NCBI GenBank assembly: GCA_051362555.1
Contig: CM120648.1
Span: 8,056,587 to 8,120,586, forward strand
From: Lingula anatina
Taxonomy: Eukaryota; Animalia; Brachiopoda
DNA: 64,000 bases
Direction: 5' to 3'
Below are positions 51,735 through 64,000 of this stretch, piece after piece. Below the pieces are notes generated by a model, which saw only the letters and a list, made by a program, of their open reading frames with translations, was not told the origin of the DNA and searched no databases. Both the position numbers and the translations under genes were made by a program. Position 1 is the stretch's first letter. Each line of letters opens with the position of its first letter.

Positions 51735-52598
51735 GGTTGAAATTCAATCAGGAATCATTATGAAAAAGCTATTGTTAAACATGAAGTCTTTCTTTAGCAT
51801 ACCCAAAGATTAAAAATCAAAACTGTTGTGAGCATTTCAAAAGTAAAACATGCATACACTAGTATATCAGATAATGGTCCTATAAGTGTGTGTTTACAGT
51901 TTAACATGCATGTATCAACTTTTTATCTAAAACAGAGCTTTACAACTCGCATAGAGTTTCACATTCCTATATCACTTTTTATCTAAAATATAAAGCTTTC
52001 ATTATCTACCTCCAAATGACTTCCTGGTTATTTAATAACATAGATTCTTTACAGATACAGAACAGGTTTGAAATATAATAGACAAAGAATACACATTCAT
52101 GTTGAATAATTTCAAACTCTTCAATTTCTACACTGACTTTAAAAGGCATACCATGGTGAGAGCTTCAGTCCCGAGACTCAAGACATTGGAAGTCATACTG
52201 ATACTGTGAGCTAGACCCGTCTAGTGAGAACTTCTCACTATATATATATATATATATATACACACACAGACCAGATTTGAGGTTGGTTCCCCCCCTCTCC
52301 CCTATACTTATTCAATACTATACAGTTGAACTTCCATGATAATCACAGCCACATATATCACATTAAATCTCAAATACCTTTTACATGTCTGTTCATTTCT
52401 GAATTGATTCATTTGGCTAAAATGGCCACTGTCTATTATATTGCCAGCTTAAATGTCAAAATCATATACAGACCTTTACATAGCATCATCCTGGAAAGCA
52501 CATACTATAATGATAGGGCAATGTAAACCATTTTACAATATTGATAAGCATGGATTTCACAATCAATTAGCAATTGGGGTACATGTGTGGGGTACAAT

Positions 52599-52600
<2 letters not shown>

Positions 52601-52667
<67 letters not shown>
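52601..52667. repeat. (GT)n microsatellite (others at 6346, 18600, 21018, 25007)
   Basis: Direct reading. Confidence 0.95.
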
Positions 52668-52669
<2 letters not shown>

Positions 52670-55089
52670 CTCTCTCCTTCAAATGGTTTACAAGTTTTAA
52701 TTGGTCGGTTGGGCAATGCATTTTGGAGGTCATTTTGATCACATAGGTATTGAGAGAAATGTCTGTAGGGCACTTTTTTGTAATGCTATCAATTTCAAAA
52801 GAGCACATCATCAAGAAGTTTGGTAAAAGGTTCCCTATACTAATACAATCCTTATGGTATCAAAGGACACACAGAATTTTTAAAAAATCAAAAGCAAAAC
52901 ATAGCAGCATATAACACTAATTATATAACACTAATTACTAAATTAATACCACAAGTTTGCTATTACCAGCTCCTAAATTAATAACACCTTTGGCTCTAAA
53001 ACTTGTGGTTTAGTAAGTCATCAGACTTTCATGAGGACAAAATGATTTCTAAAAAATCACCCAGCACTGGCTAATGTTTGGGACTTCCTTAGATCAAAGG
53101 TATCATAGCAACAATCCAGTCCTTGTCACGGCTTTCCAATCAGTGCACTGTTACTTAATACAAATGGTTTGTTTTCGTGACTTAAAGTGGTTTTGTCAGG
53201 TCGATGACCACTCTGATGACCACCTGTGTGTTTAATGGAACACTGACCACTATCTTATTTGAAAAAAAAAAAGGAATACAGATAATTTACATGTATCTGT
53301 CTTGTTCTAATAATGATATGTCCAAAGATCATTCAGTCAAAAGATGTATTTACAATGTGGCAATGATGTTGGTTGCACATAATCACATAAAGTTCGCAGT
53401 CTGTGGTCATGTAATTACTCTATCACTGATTGCAATCAATTTCTCTGCCACCTGTGCAAAAAGTACATGCTCATTGTCATTTGCTTCTGAAATCCCTGAC
53501 CTGCTGATCCCTAAAATTTAACATAATTGACCTATGCCGCTCAAAAACAATGTAGAAATAACATAAAGAAACCTGTAAGACATCATTAAGGGGATGAGCT
53601 AACATACAGAAAATGATGGGGAGGGGGGGGGGGAGGAAGGATCGAGAGACAAGGAAATAATGTTCAGTTTCTCTTTCGATTTACAGTGACAATTCTATGA
53701 CAGCTGCTGCATCAAACAAATCTTTGTTTCCACTATTACTTTGCAGGAAAACCTCTCCAGGAACTTATCAACATATCATTTATATAAATTCGATGACTAG
53801 ATGACTTAAAGGAATTATTAAAGGACTTGATGAACAAACACTTTCTATTCTTCTTTATTTAGTCTATTGAACATAACTGGATTTTAGTTCTTAATTGAAT
53901 ATAAATATCTTTTACCATCGTTATATTAAAGACAACAAAAAACCTATTTTACAACATCAAATATGTCTAGAGGTCAGCTTAGTATGAAAAAAAAAGATCT
54001 ACCTCTAATCATGCACAAAACTTTATTGTAAATACAGACAGACAGACAGACAGACGGACAAACAGACAGATGAACAAACAAGTGTCAAACAGGTGAATAA
54101 GCAGACTGACAGATAAATTGAAAGATAATATTATATGTCTTCAGCTAGACATAGGCAGACATTCATACTGGTACATTCATACAAGCAGATGACAAAATGC
54201 CTACCCTTACTAGTCTAGATATGTGCATATACCAGCATCTGCCATGTACTGCATCATTAAATCACACCAACAAGACAGACGTATATTTTTACATTGTATC
54301 CAGCTGACAGACAGACAGACAGACAGTATAAAAACCTACCTTCCACAGACATACAAGAATCAGCAATACACCGAGCATTTGCCACAGGATTCAGATAGCC
54401 TCAATATTTATGTTTTATCAAATGTATTGTTTAATGTATTATCTTCCAATTAATCATTCAACAATGCCTGCATGCATACTGTTCGTTTATATATATATAT
54501 ATATATATACAGTGCACACACTAGCAGTCACATCAGAGATCAGAGGGATCACGATTCCTTGCAGTGATCTCCATGTTTGATAAGAATTTTGATAACAGAG
54601 TTATCCACATGCACAGTTTTCACTTATAGCATAATACACGTGCATGCAGCCGAAAATCCCGTCAACTAATTCAAAATGTTCATTAGTTGTAATTAAATGG
54701 CAGATCCAGGGGCGTGTTGGGGAGGGGAGGGGTGGTGTCATGTGCCACCCCTTTAGCAAAGGTTACCCTCCTTCTCCATCCCCTAAACAATATAATGAGT
54801 GAAACCAGACAAAACTTTGAAATTTTCCATTTTTGTGTCCTATTTATGGAAAATTTTTCATTGCCTAACATCATGGCCAAGTGAAGTGAGGGCAAAAACC
54901 CTTCCTTGTGCAACCTCCCCACCCAGAGTATATCTCACATTTCCCAATGAAACTATTTATGTAGATCAATCTTACTCCATGTGGACTCTTGCTGAATGCA
55001 ATCAGTTAAACAGATTTACAGGACTTCTCTTGTTTCCAACATATACCAGCTTTTCTGTAATCTACTCAGAGCCTGGAGGAGTTGTGTTA

Positions 55090-55304
55090 GAGTGCATTCC
55101 CATAGATTTAGATCAATCCATCTAGATCAACCTAACTCCCTAGGGGTTCACGCTAAATTGATGTCAGCCAAGCACGCATGGTAGTTTATTACCCCCTTTC
55201 AGCTTTTAGTGGACAAGAAAGACGCTTAAGCCGGCTAAGCTGACAGTAATCTAGTGAGACTCCCCACAGGGATAGATCGATCTAAAATCTGTGGGAATGG
55301 GGTC
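55090..55304. mobile_element. MITE family A copy nested in a family B element
   Basis: TTA TSDs at 55087-55089 and 55305-55307, with family B sequence on both sides. Confidence 0.8.
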
Positions 55305-55970
55305 TTAATCTGTGTTAAATAAAAGTTTCAATGGGTGTGAGCCCTAAAACAACCCTGAGAAAAAAATGTCACAAGCAATTTAAGCTCATCTTTTCAGCCA
55401 TCTCCAGTGTGTATATCCTTTTTTGTTGGATATCTTAGTATTACCAAACTAAATACCTCTATACAAGTTCCACTATAACATTAAAGTATGCATGCATGTC
55501 CTTTTTTTAAAAAAAAATTAATCTCATTCATATTCTAATAGGTCAATGTGGAGCCACACAACCTGATAATAAAAAATTCCAACAATTATTGCAGTAAGGT
55601 TTATCATCCCAGACTGTGCTAACTCCTACAAATATTCTAACTGTAAATCAAATATGCTGTGACTGATCTTATCTGTGTATAAAATTCCAAGCTAACTATA
55701 TCGCTGCCTTATACCAACCTTCAACTACTCCAAAATATTCTCAGTTGTATGTCTAAAAAAACTTCTTTTTCTCGGCGACCCAGAATTTGCTTCATGTATG
55801 AACTACAGGCACCGTTTGATGCTCTTAATGTATATTGAGATACATCATATATCTGTTATAGATCTCAATATTTATATATATATAATTTTTCTGGGTCAGG
55901 TGCATGATCTAAGCTTCATGACTTCCTTGATCTATAATTCTACCTTTGATGAGGATAGGGAAATACATAC

Positions 55971-56159
55971 CAGGTCTACAACCAGTAATTTCAAAGGAGG
56001 GGGTTCTTTTTTGAAAATGTGGACCTTTTACCCCCACCCCCCTCAGTTAAACCCAACTTAAGGAATGGCATGAAATCAAGATAAAATTTGGATTCGGATT
56101 GGACCTTCTTCATCAAAAGGGGCAGAGTTTTGAACCCCCCTCCCTTACCTGCAAACCTG
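55971..56159. mobile_element. MITE family D copy (core AAAATGTGGACCTTTT; relics near 18655, 31230, 40880, 43575, 63360)
   Basis: CAGGT...ACCTG termini and a recurring core motif across the window. Confidence 0.6.
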
Positions 56160-59126
56160 AATACATTCACCATTATCAATTAAAACATCAAAGGTCTTAC
56201 TTCTCTATTTTCACATCGACAGACCTCAATTTTTATAACCGTTAATGTGTCAATAATATTTTTATAATGTTTTTGGAAAATGATAAGCTTGGATTAATAG
56301 TTGCATATTACATAATGTTAGGTTTTGGCCTAATGGGAGTCACCTCAACAGAGATGCAACTTTAACTCATGAAGTTTCTTTTTTCCAATTTTTCATTTTT
56401 GTTTTAATAGACTTTATATGCATCATTGCAGACTATCCTCCACAAACTTTTTTCAGGATTCTTTCATTTAAACATAAAAGGCACTCCTAATAATAAAATT
56501 TACAACGTTGTTTGAATTTAGCCAATTTCAAACAGTTTAACTCTAGCTGTCAGTACATCTATTTCAGAAGGTGAAAACTTGCATGCAGGCTCATATGCTA
56601 TATTATGTTGTTCATTCATAAATGTTTGCTTATACAATATGTGAATTAAAGTCAGAGCAGCTGTATCCACCCTTTCATCGACTTGTCTTTACCCTTTCCC
56701 TTTCCCACTCTGAACACCTGTGCATCTTCACCCATCCATTCATGTATTCTATCATTTGTTCATTCATCCATTTACTCACTCATTCATTCATTCATCAACA
56801 CATCCAATATTTTTATTTATTCATTCCTCACTCTTTCATTCATAAAATTCATTAATTAATTTTTCACTAGTATTTTCCTTTTATTCATTATTGAGTTTTT
56901 CATTCTTTTTCTTTTCCTCCATACTTAATTTCTATTCATTTGTTGTTATTTTTTTTTTAACTTGTCCCCTTTCTAATTTACGTACTGGTTTCTTCATTCC
57001 ACTCTTAACTGACTCATTTGTTTGTTCATTCATTCCTTCTCTCCTCCATTCATCACTTTCTTATAATTAACATTAATCAACCTGTACAATCCTCAGTTTG
57101 GAGGGTTTATTTATTCACTTGCCCACTCCCTCAGACACTTACTTCAGGGGTGGACCCAGAGATATTTTCTGACAGTCGTACAAATTATCTTTGTTGATCC
57201 ATCCTCTTTTTTACCCATCTTTCAACAGAAAAAAATTGAATGCCCTCAATGTAAATTTGAAAAATCTGAACATCTTCTGGAAGATACAGAAAATGGTCTC
57301 AATCCACCCCTGAATTTATCTACTCATTAATTTTTTTCTTTCCTACTTTCCACTCCTCCATTATCAATCATTTCCTAATTAATACTGGCTAAATTTCTTA
57401 AACCCTTCATTCAGGAGCCGAAAACTTCTCTTCCTGACCCTAAGACCCTAATTTGCCTTCATCTTTCACTACATTCCTCCTTCCCTCACTCTTCCATTCA
57501 TCACTTAGCATTAACATTAATTAACTTGTTCATCCCCCCATTCACAAGGCTTATTCATTGACCCACTCACACTTGCTTACACAATAAATGAATGCGAGAG
57601 ATGACCACCGTCACTGCCCCTTGATTTTGTGTTGTCCTCACATCCACTGATAACTTCCTTGTCATGAATGAGCTTTCCGTGGGCCGAATTACACCAGCAT
57701 GACAGTGTTAACAAAAGAGCAAGAAAAGGCAGGTGGAAGTTATTTCAATACTGGCAATGAAGGGATTGCACTACTCAGTTATTTAAGTGGTTTAAGGTTG
57801 GATAGAGACCACTTTCTTGTGTTGTTGTTATAAGGGAAAGTTGTGTGTTAAAATACAGAGAGTACAATGGGGGAGAGCAACCTAGCTAAAGAAATTAAAT
57901 ACTAAACCATCTTGAGGAGGTGCTAGTTAACAGTTTAATAGCTATCTTTTTTTTTTTTTTTTTTTTTTTTTGGAAACTAAAAATAAGAATGCTGAAGTGA
58001 TAAGATGTTTCTAAAACTACGTATCTAAATGCTAAAATGCTACTGGAATGCTAAAGATAGTATTGCAATAGTGAAAAAAAGGATTTAAGAAAAAATTTAA
58101 ACAGATTAAGTAAATTAAAAACAACATTTTGATAAATATTAATTACTAGTTATATGGCCATACTTCGTGAATGAAGTATCTCTTTGACCAGCATTATAAT
58201 ATCAAAAAATATGGGTAAATTTCACACAAAGAATGAATTAAACATTTGGGTTACAAGTGGTGCCTGGATCTGGAAGTCAATTAACATGAACAGTCCGATA
58301 AGTTATTTACAACTAGATAAAGCAGGGGATTGACCACGCTGTGCAAATTAAAAAAGCACACCTCCTGATGCTAGCTCCCATTTGTTTCTTTGGCAAACAA
58401 ATTTTTAACATCACACTCTCATTTCCCATACATTGTATGGCAGAAGTGCGGTGACCAAAATTCACTCCCTGAAAAACATTTATACTCACCAACCAAGCAA
58501 AGTGGAGAGATACAAGTATTAATCAGCTATCACCGTAAATAATGAGAGGAAAACTTGCAAGTGACTATCACATAACATAGCTCACAAATCACTTACATTA
58601 CACACCGTGCCTCACATAAAAAACCCATTCAGTAAGGAGCAGTGGCACAAAAAGAGAAAGAGCCATTTGTTGCAATTAATTCAAGCTATCTGTAATCATT
58701 AAAGAGGTAAGGCAAGTGCTCGTCCTATATATTATCTACAAGTATAGAGAGCCAAAATGACAGTCATGGAGAGGGCAAGGTAGGACATAACTGTACAAAT
58801 TAAAAGAATTCCCTTCATGGAGTATTCTTTGAACTCTGTTTGATAGTTTATCCCCTCCACCCCACCCCCCAACCCTCTCCATGCATAAACCAGTTAGGTA
58901 TACATGGACCAATGAAATAAACTAAAACTCCACTTATCAAAGTGTTAATAATTTATAACTGGTAGAACAATGTAATGAACCTCTCTTTCTCTCTCTCTCT
59001 CTCTCTTTTCTCTCTCTTTCTCTCTCTCTCTTTTACAATTGTCCAGATACTGTGTCTGTTGGTCTACTAATTATAACTTCAAAGGACATTTTTGCTGTAA
59101 ACCCACATAAGATATGCTTCAAATTC

Positions 59127-59127
<1 letters not shown>

Positions 59128-59161
<34 letters not shown>

Positions 59162-59174
59162 TATTATTATTATT
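59128..59174. repeat. (ATT)n microsatellite
   Basis: Direct reading. Confidence 0.9.
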
Positions 59175-59480
59175 CCTAAACACATCTCAATGCAATATGA
59201 TAACTATCAAAAGGCCAGCATTTCATACATGTACAATCTTTTTTTAGCTTACAGTTATCTGTGAAATTTCTTTAGAGATTATCTTTTTAAAAACCATTTT
59301 GATTTAAAAATCAACCACTATTCAAAATCTCTTTGTTACAGTCTCCTTGAAGAAAAAAGATGTAACCTCTTGACAAAACTGTGCCAATTAATTTTAACAC
59401 CGATAATATCCATTCATATTTCTCCATCAAAAGCTGAAATGGAAATTAAATAAAATAATTAATAAATTCACACTACTCAC

Positions 59481-59545
59481 CCTGAAGCAGTCAAATTCAG
59501 ATTCCGTGCCTCCGACAAATCATACCTCTGCGATTTTGCACGCAT
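59481..59545 (-). CDS. RAP1GAP: Candidate alternative first coding exon (MRAKSQRYDLSEARNLNLTASG)
   Basis: Upstream in-frame stop, 21 codons + 2 nt, AGG/GTGAGT donor, phase 2, locally CpG-richer. Confidence 0.55.
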
Positions 59546-61081
59546 GCTTAAATCTACGCACGTGGTTTGATAGGTTATCTTTCCCAGTGGGCATGCAGCT
59601 TCAGAAAACACCCCTTTGGGTTAAGAAACAGCAGCCACACGTAGACAAAATAACCCCAATTCCACAAGAGATGACAGTGGGCTTATCTCCAGTGTTCACT
59701 AATTGTTATAAATATACACCAGGGGTATAGAGAAATATGACAATAGCTCCTTCAAGTCCTCCCCTCACCTTGAGGAGAATTTCAAATAGGATCAATTTGG
59801 TCCCCCGTTATTATTGTTAGGTCCACAAATTATGTACCGCTGTGGTTTCCGTAGGTGCTATTAATAACAATCCCATGTAAACATGCAGAGAGGTTTATGA
59901 ATATTTCCTTTGGTTGGCGATCTTTTTTGTCCTGTGTCTCTTTGGTTTTGTTCCTGCCTCTCTTCGTGGTTTTTTCTTTCTTTTTCTCTTTTTGTCTTTA
60001 AACCACAATAAAGAGAAAATAAAGCCTTCTGTGGGTGGATGTCTTGGGATGTGAATATATTGAATTTATTCCTGGTTTATTTGAAATATTCCCTGTGTAC
60101 TGGAATCATTCCTGTATACTACACATTGTGTATTTACCTACACAAATGTTTTAAAAATGGCCAATTCATTAAACAGTTCCAAGGTCAAACAATGCCAATT
60201 AATATTTTTCTTCCTTAACTCTGGACAAATACGAATATCTTCTCCGATATCTATGATATCATTTTTCATGAAATCAGATTTGAGAATGCACATGCAACAG
60301 CCTTATCTTCACTTATCACTTAGTCATGCCACCATTAGTTTATTTTCACTGTGCCAGTTTGTTACTAAACCATGTTCTCTACACTTAATCATTTACCGTA
60401 TATGAATATCTCTACTTTCAGGGCAATGCCCTCAGTCTTCTCCTCACAATTAATCCACTTCAGTCTGTAATCTTTTATCCTCCAGGGGGCGATATGCAAA
60501 CACCAATGACTTTCAAGGTTTGAAATGCCAAGGGTATTTTTCAGACCCTTGAGACTTAAAATGATGCTACGAAATCCCAGAGTTTCAACCTTTGCTCAAT
60601 TTTTTTCCAAAGTTTGGCTTTTTTTTTTTTTACTTCATAAGCTCCCTTCTCAGAATTACAAGACAGTTTATTAGATATATGACATTTCTGTAAAAATGCA
60701 ATAATTGTATTTCTGCCTCTGGAATATTCCTTTAAGATTTACAATATATAATTACTGTCTTGTTTAGGAAGACTTGTCTGCAGCAATTGATTGGTTTAAA
60801 ATTGACTTTGTTTCATCAAGAAGACTGCAATGAAATTTCCCTCAAAACTGAATCCCTTTCGAGCAAATTTTGAAGCAAATTATTCTTGAAGGCTTTCGAC
60901 TGATGTAAATCAATTCAATTCTGTAAAAGCAAGAACAGTCTGGCAGACAGAGAGAAATTATATATCATTCTCCTATAGACTGCTTTTGAATCTTCAATAT
61001 GACCTGAAAATGTCTTTGCCTTTCAAACAAATTAGCCTCTCAAGAGCACATCTATCATCCAAAAAATAATAAGAGGCAATG

Positions 61082-61201
61082 AATGAGTTCTTATGCTTTT
61101 AAATTGTTCTGCCTAAAACAAACCCTTATTGGTTCCACTGAAATGAGTTCTTACACTTTTAAATTGTTCTGCCAAAAATAATCCCTCATTGGTTCTATTG
61201 A
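61082..61201. repeat. 60-bp diverged tandem duplication
   Basis: aatgagttctta..ttttaaattgttctgcc...attggttc occurs twice. Confidence 0.8.
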
Positions 61202-63282
61202 CATGGAACTTTGATGAATCCTCAATTTTTCTAATTTCTTTGCAAAACAACAATTCTTCAGGGGAGTGGAAAAAAAGAAATGTCAAATCAAGTTACCACA
61301 CTTTTTAATAGACTTTTTAAACAAATCATTATCCAGTGCTCCTTTGGAAACTTTTCTGCAATGATATATCTTATGGCTTCTAATAACTCATTCCACCAAA
61401 AACAGTTCTCCTCAGTGACTATAAGCAAAATTGGATTCACCATGAGATGCCACTTAATTTTACTGGCAAAACAGTTTTCCTCAACCATTTAGAAGTAAAA
61501 TGCTAGCATCAATTCTCAGAATTCCTCTGTAAATTGTTCTTCTTTAAAAGGTGTAATACCTGGGTTCAGAATTTCTTGATATGTTTGGTACATCCTAGAA
61601 AGTTTTTCAAATTAAAAACTATCTGTTCTGTTCACACAGGCTCAAACTCCCAGGTTTCCTCTAAAATCAGGAATCAAATGACAGTTCTCGATCCTCCTGG
61701 ACAGTTTATAGCGATACTTTGCCAAGATGGAAATGACACAGCAATATTCCTAGGTTCCTTCAATACTAAACAACTTAACACTTCCAAGAAACCGTGCCAA
61801 TTTTCAAACAAGCTGCTGGTACGGTGAAGTAAAAAACAATGGGTTATCAAAACAGTTGTGTCATCCTTTGTGTGTGTCAAAATTATCCACACATAGTATA
61901 CATATACCGAGATATCATGACATATTAGACTTGGTTCGATCCATCTGACTTGAAATGACCATCTAAGTAGGGGCTTACTAAACCTCAATCTCCACTCACT
62001 ACCTGTGTTAACATCTGAAGAGACATACTTCCTGGCTCTGTGCAGCCATAAATCTTCTGACTAAAAATCTGTCATTTCAAATTTGATAATCCAAACTGAT
62101 TGTCATCTTTGTCCAGGTTAGGGACGTCTGCTCCTTTCACTTGTTATGAATTAGGATGCATCTGACTCAATCTGTGACACAGTGGCCTTCTTAAGTCCAT
62201 TGACTACTTTGATATTCTGACTTAAACACTGGTTTCCTGATGTCCCCGCCCTCTTCAGCTACAGTGTAAAATTAATATATATACCTTTAATCTTCTTTGC
62301 TGTCATTTTACTTGTCAAAGAACCACAAACATTATTTTGCTTTTAACTTCCTGTGGACAGGACAGGTTGTCTTTGTAGCCATTAGCTGTTAAGGACATAA
62401 ACAGTCATTTTCTGGTCGCTGGTCGCAGCATCTGAGTGTAGCTGATCGTTCAGCTTGTACATGTACAGTTATTTTCAGATTTTCACCTATATATACACAC
62501 CAGGCACATATAAGGCTATTTTCAGGAAATATCTATACCTGGTCATTTTTTGAATAGTCAAATGTTAGAAGTAACTTATAACCAAATGGAGTTAAGAATT
62601 TCTACCACTTGCTTGTTCAATAAATCCACTGCACCAGGTCCATGTACCATCTAAAAATCTGGACCCATTTGTCCTGTGTGGCCTCCTCATAATCTTTTGG
62701 GCTAATTGTCAATTGACCTTGGGTCATAGAGTCCTGGCATGAAATTTAATAGTCCACATAGGCCTAAATATGCTACATCATTTTCAAATTTCTCATTAAA
62801 TATTTTCATAACATTTAGAGCTAGAGCTTTTGTGGATTTTACAGCAATTCCACACTGCAAAAACAAAGGTTTTGAATAAAGAAATATCTTTCCTGTAAAA
62901 AGTGCAATAAATGGTATTCCAGCAGAAGGTCATCATATACCTTATGAGTTTAAGAACACTGAAAATTCACATGTATGTTCAGTTCCACTGCAGCTGGCTC
63001 CATGTGCCTTTATCTCTATAATTATTCCAAGTCCTAATAAGCCACTGACCTCTAGTTGTTCCACTTAGTCCATCATTTCCGAGGACCATAATTAAACCAA
63101 ACGACCATTCACCAAGTTAACTGACCAATCATATTCCCAAGAAAAGTGAACGCGAGAATGAAGTCCATCTTCCCATAAGAGAAAAGCAGAGGCTGAACCC
63201 TTGATCAAGAGCCAAATGTAATGTTAAGACTAATAAGCACTATCTGATCTCCTTGGTGCCAGGAAAGCAAATTGCATACCTG

Positions 63283-63361
<79 letters not shown>

Positions 63362-64000
63362 TGTAACCAGCAATTTCAAAGGGGTGGGAGGGTCTTTTTC
63401 TAAAAAAAGTGGACCTTTTACCATAAAATCTTTGTGTACCTGGATCAGAACTTTTGCCTAGGGCACTTCTTTTCCCACCAAAATTATGCAAATTACAAAA
63501 ACACTTGAATAAATAACTCCCTTTTAATTCTTTTCATTCTATCATAGGAAGGAACAATGAATATTTGTATTTAATTAAAAAATTCTATACACTATATAAT
63601 CTGCTTCTGCTGTCTACCCTGTTATTTTCACCAAGTCAACAGTGGGCCCTGGAGAAGGGAAATAACTCTGTGATGACTGGACATATAGGACATATAATTA
63701 CACATAATGATCGTAGCAGTTGAAAATCATAGGGTGTCTTCTTCCTTGTGGACATTTCTTTCAAACGTCTTTTTTTTTTTACTTTCTCTTTAATCACTTC
63801 ACATATAATTGATCACCTTTTTTCTTTTTCTTATGTAGGATGTAGGATGATTATCTGCATAAGGTGTATTCTTTATGAATAAGAGTACTTTACTCAAGTT
63901 TTTTTAAACTTTTTCTTTTCATTTATTTGATAATCTTCCTTTTTCTCTTTCCCCTTCTGCAAAGGATGATGTTTATTATTGTTTCTTTTTCATTATGTTA

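Noticed and set aside
57642-57665. Short MTRKLSVD frame with a GTGAGG donor
   Set aside because: Only 8 codons and phase 0, so indistinguishable from chance.
60479-60492. CTCF-like CCTCCAGGGGGCGA about 0.9 kb upstream of the 59545 exon, suggesting protocadherin-like promoter choice
   Set aside because: Single site. No equivalent motif was seen at the other first exons.

Overview
AT-rich, microsatellite- and MITE-laden eukaryotic DNA from an invertebrate animal (mollusc-like repeat landscape; the taxon is inferred). The whole window lies within one large minus-strand Rap1 GTPase-activating protein (Rap1GAP) gene. Thirteen frame-consistent GT-AG exons at 98-5347 encode the linker, the Rap_GAP catalytic domain (KRHIGND Asn-thumb intact) and the start of the Ser-rich tail; the 3' end lies left of the window. 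The 5' architecture is the unusual part. It has two GoLoco-motif exons, two exons 12.7 kb apart that together spell the C-terminal part of a LIM-like zinc finger, five to six ATG-initiated candidate first exons over 50 kb that all end in intron phase 2, and a cluster of RFX X-box motifs around an exon ending in ATG. The introns hold a decayed ISL2EU-type transposon (THAP-DDE plus SAP-YqaJ, AT TSD), several MITE families, long hairpins and two tandem duplications that copy splice sites. Most ORF-track entries are spurious. All exon calls were made by eye, without expression data.
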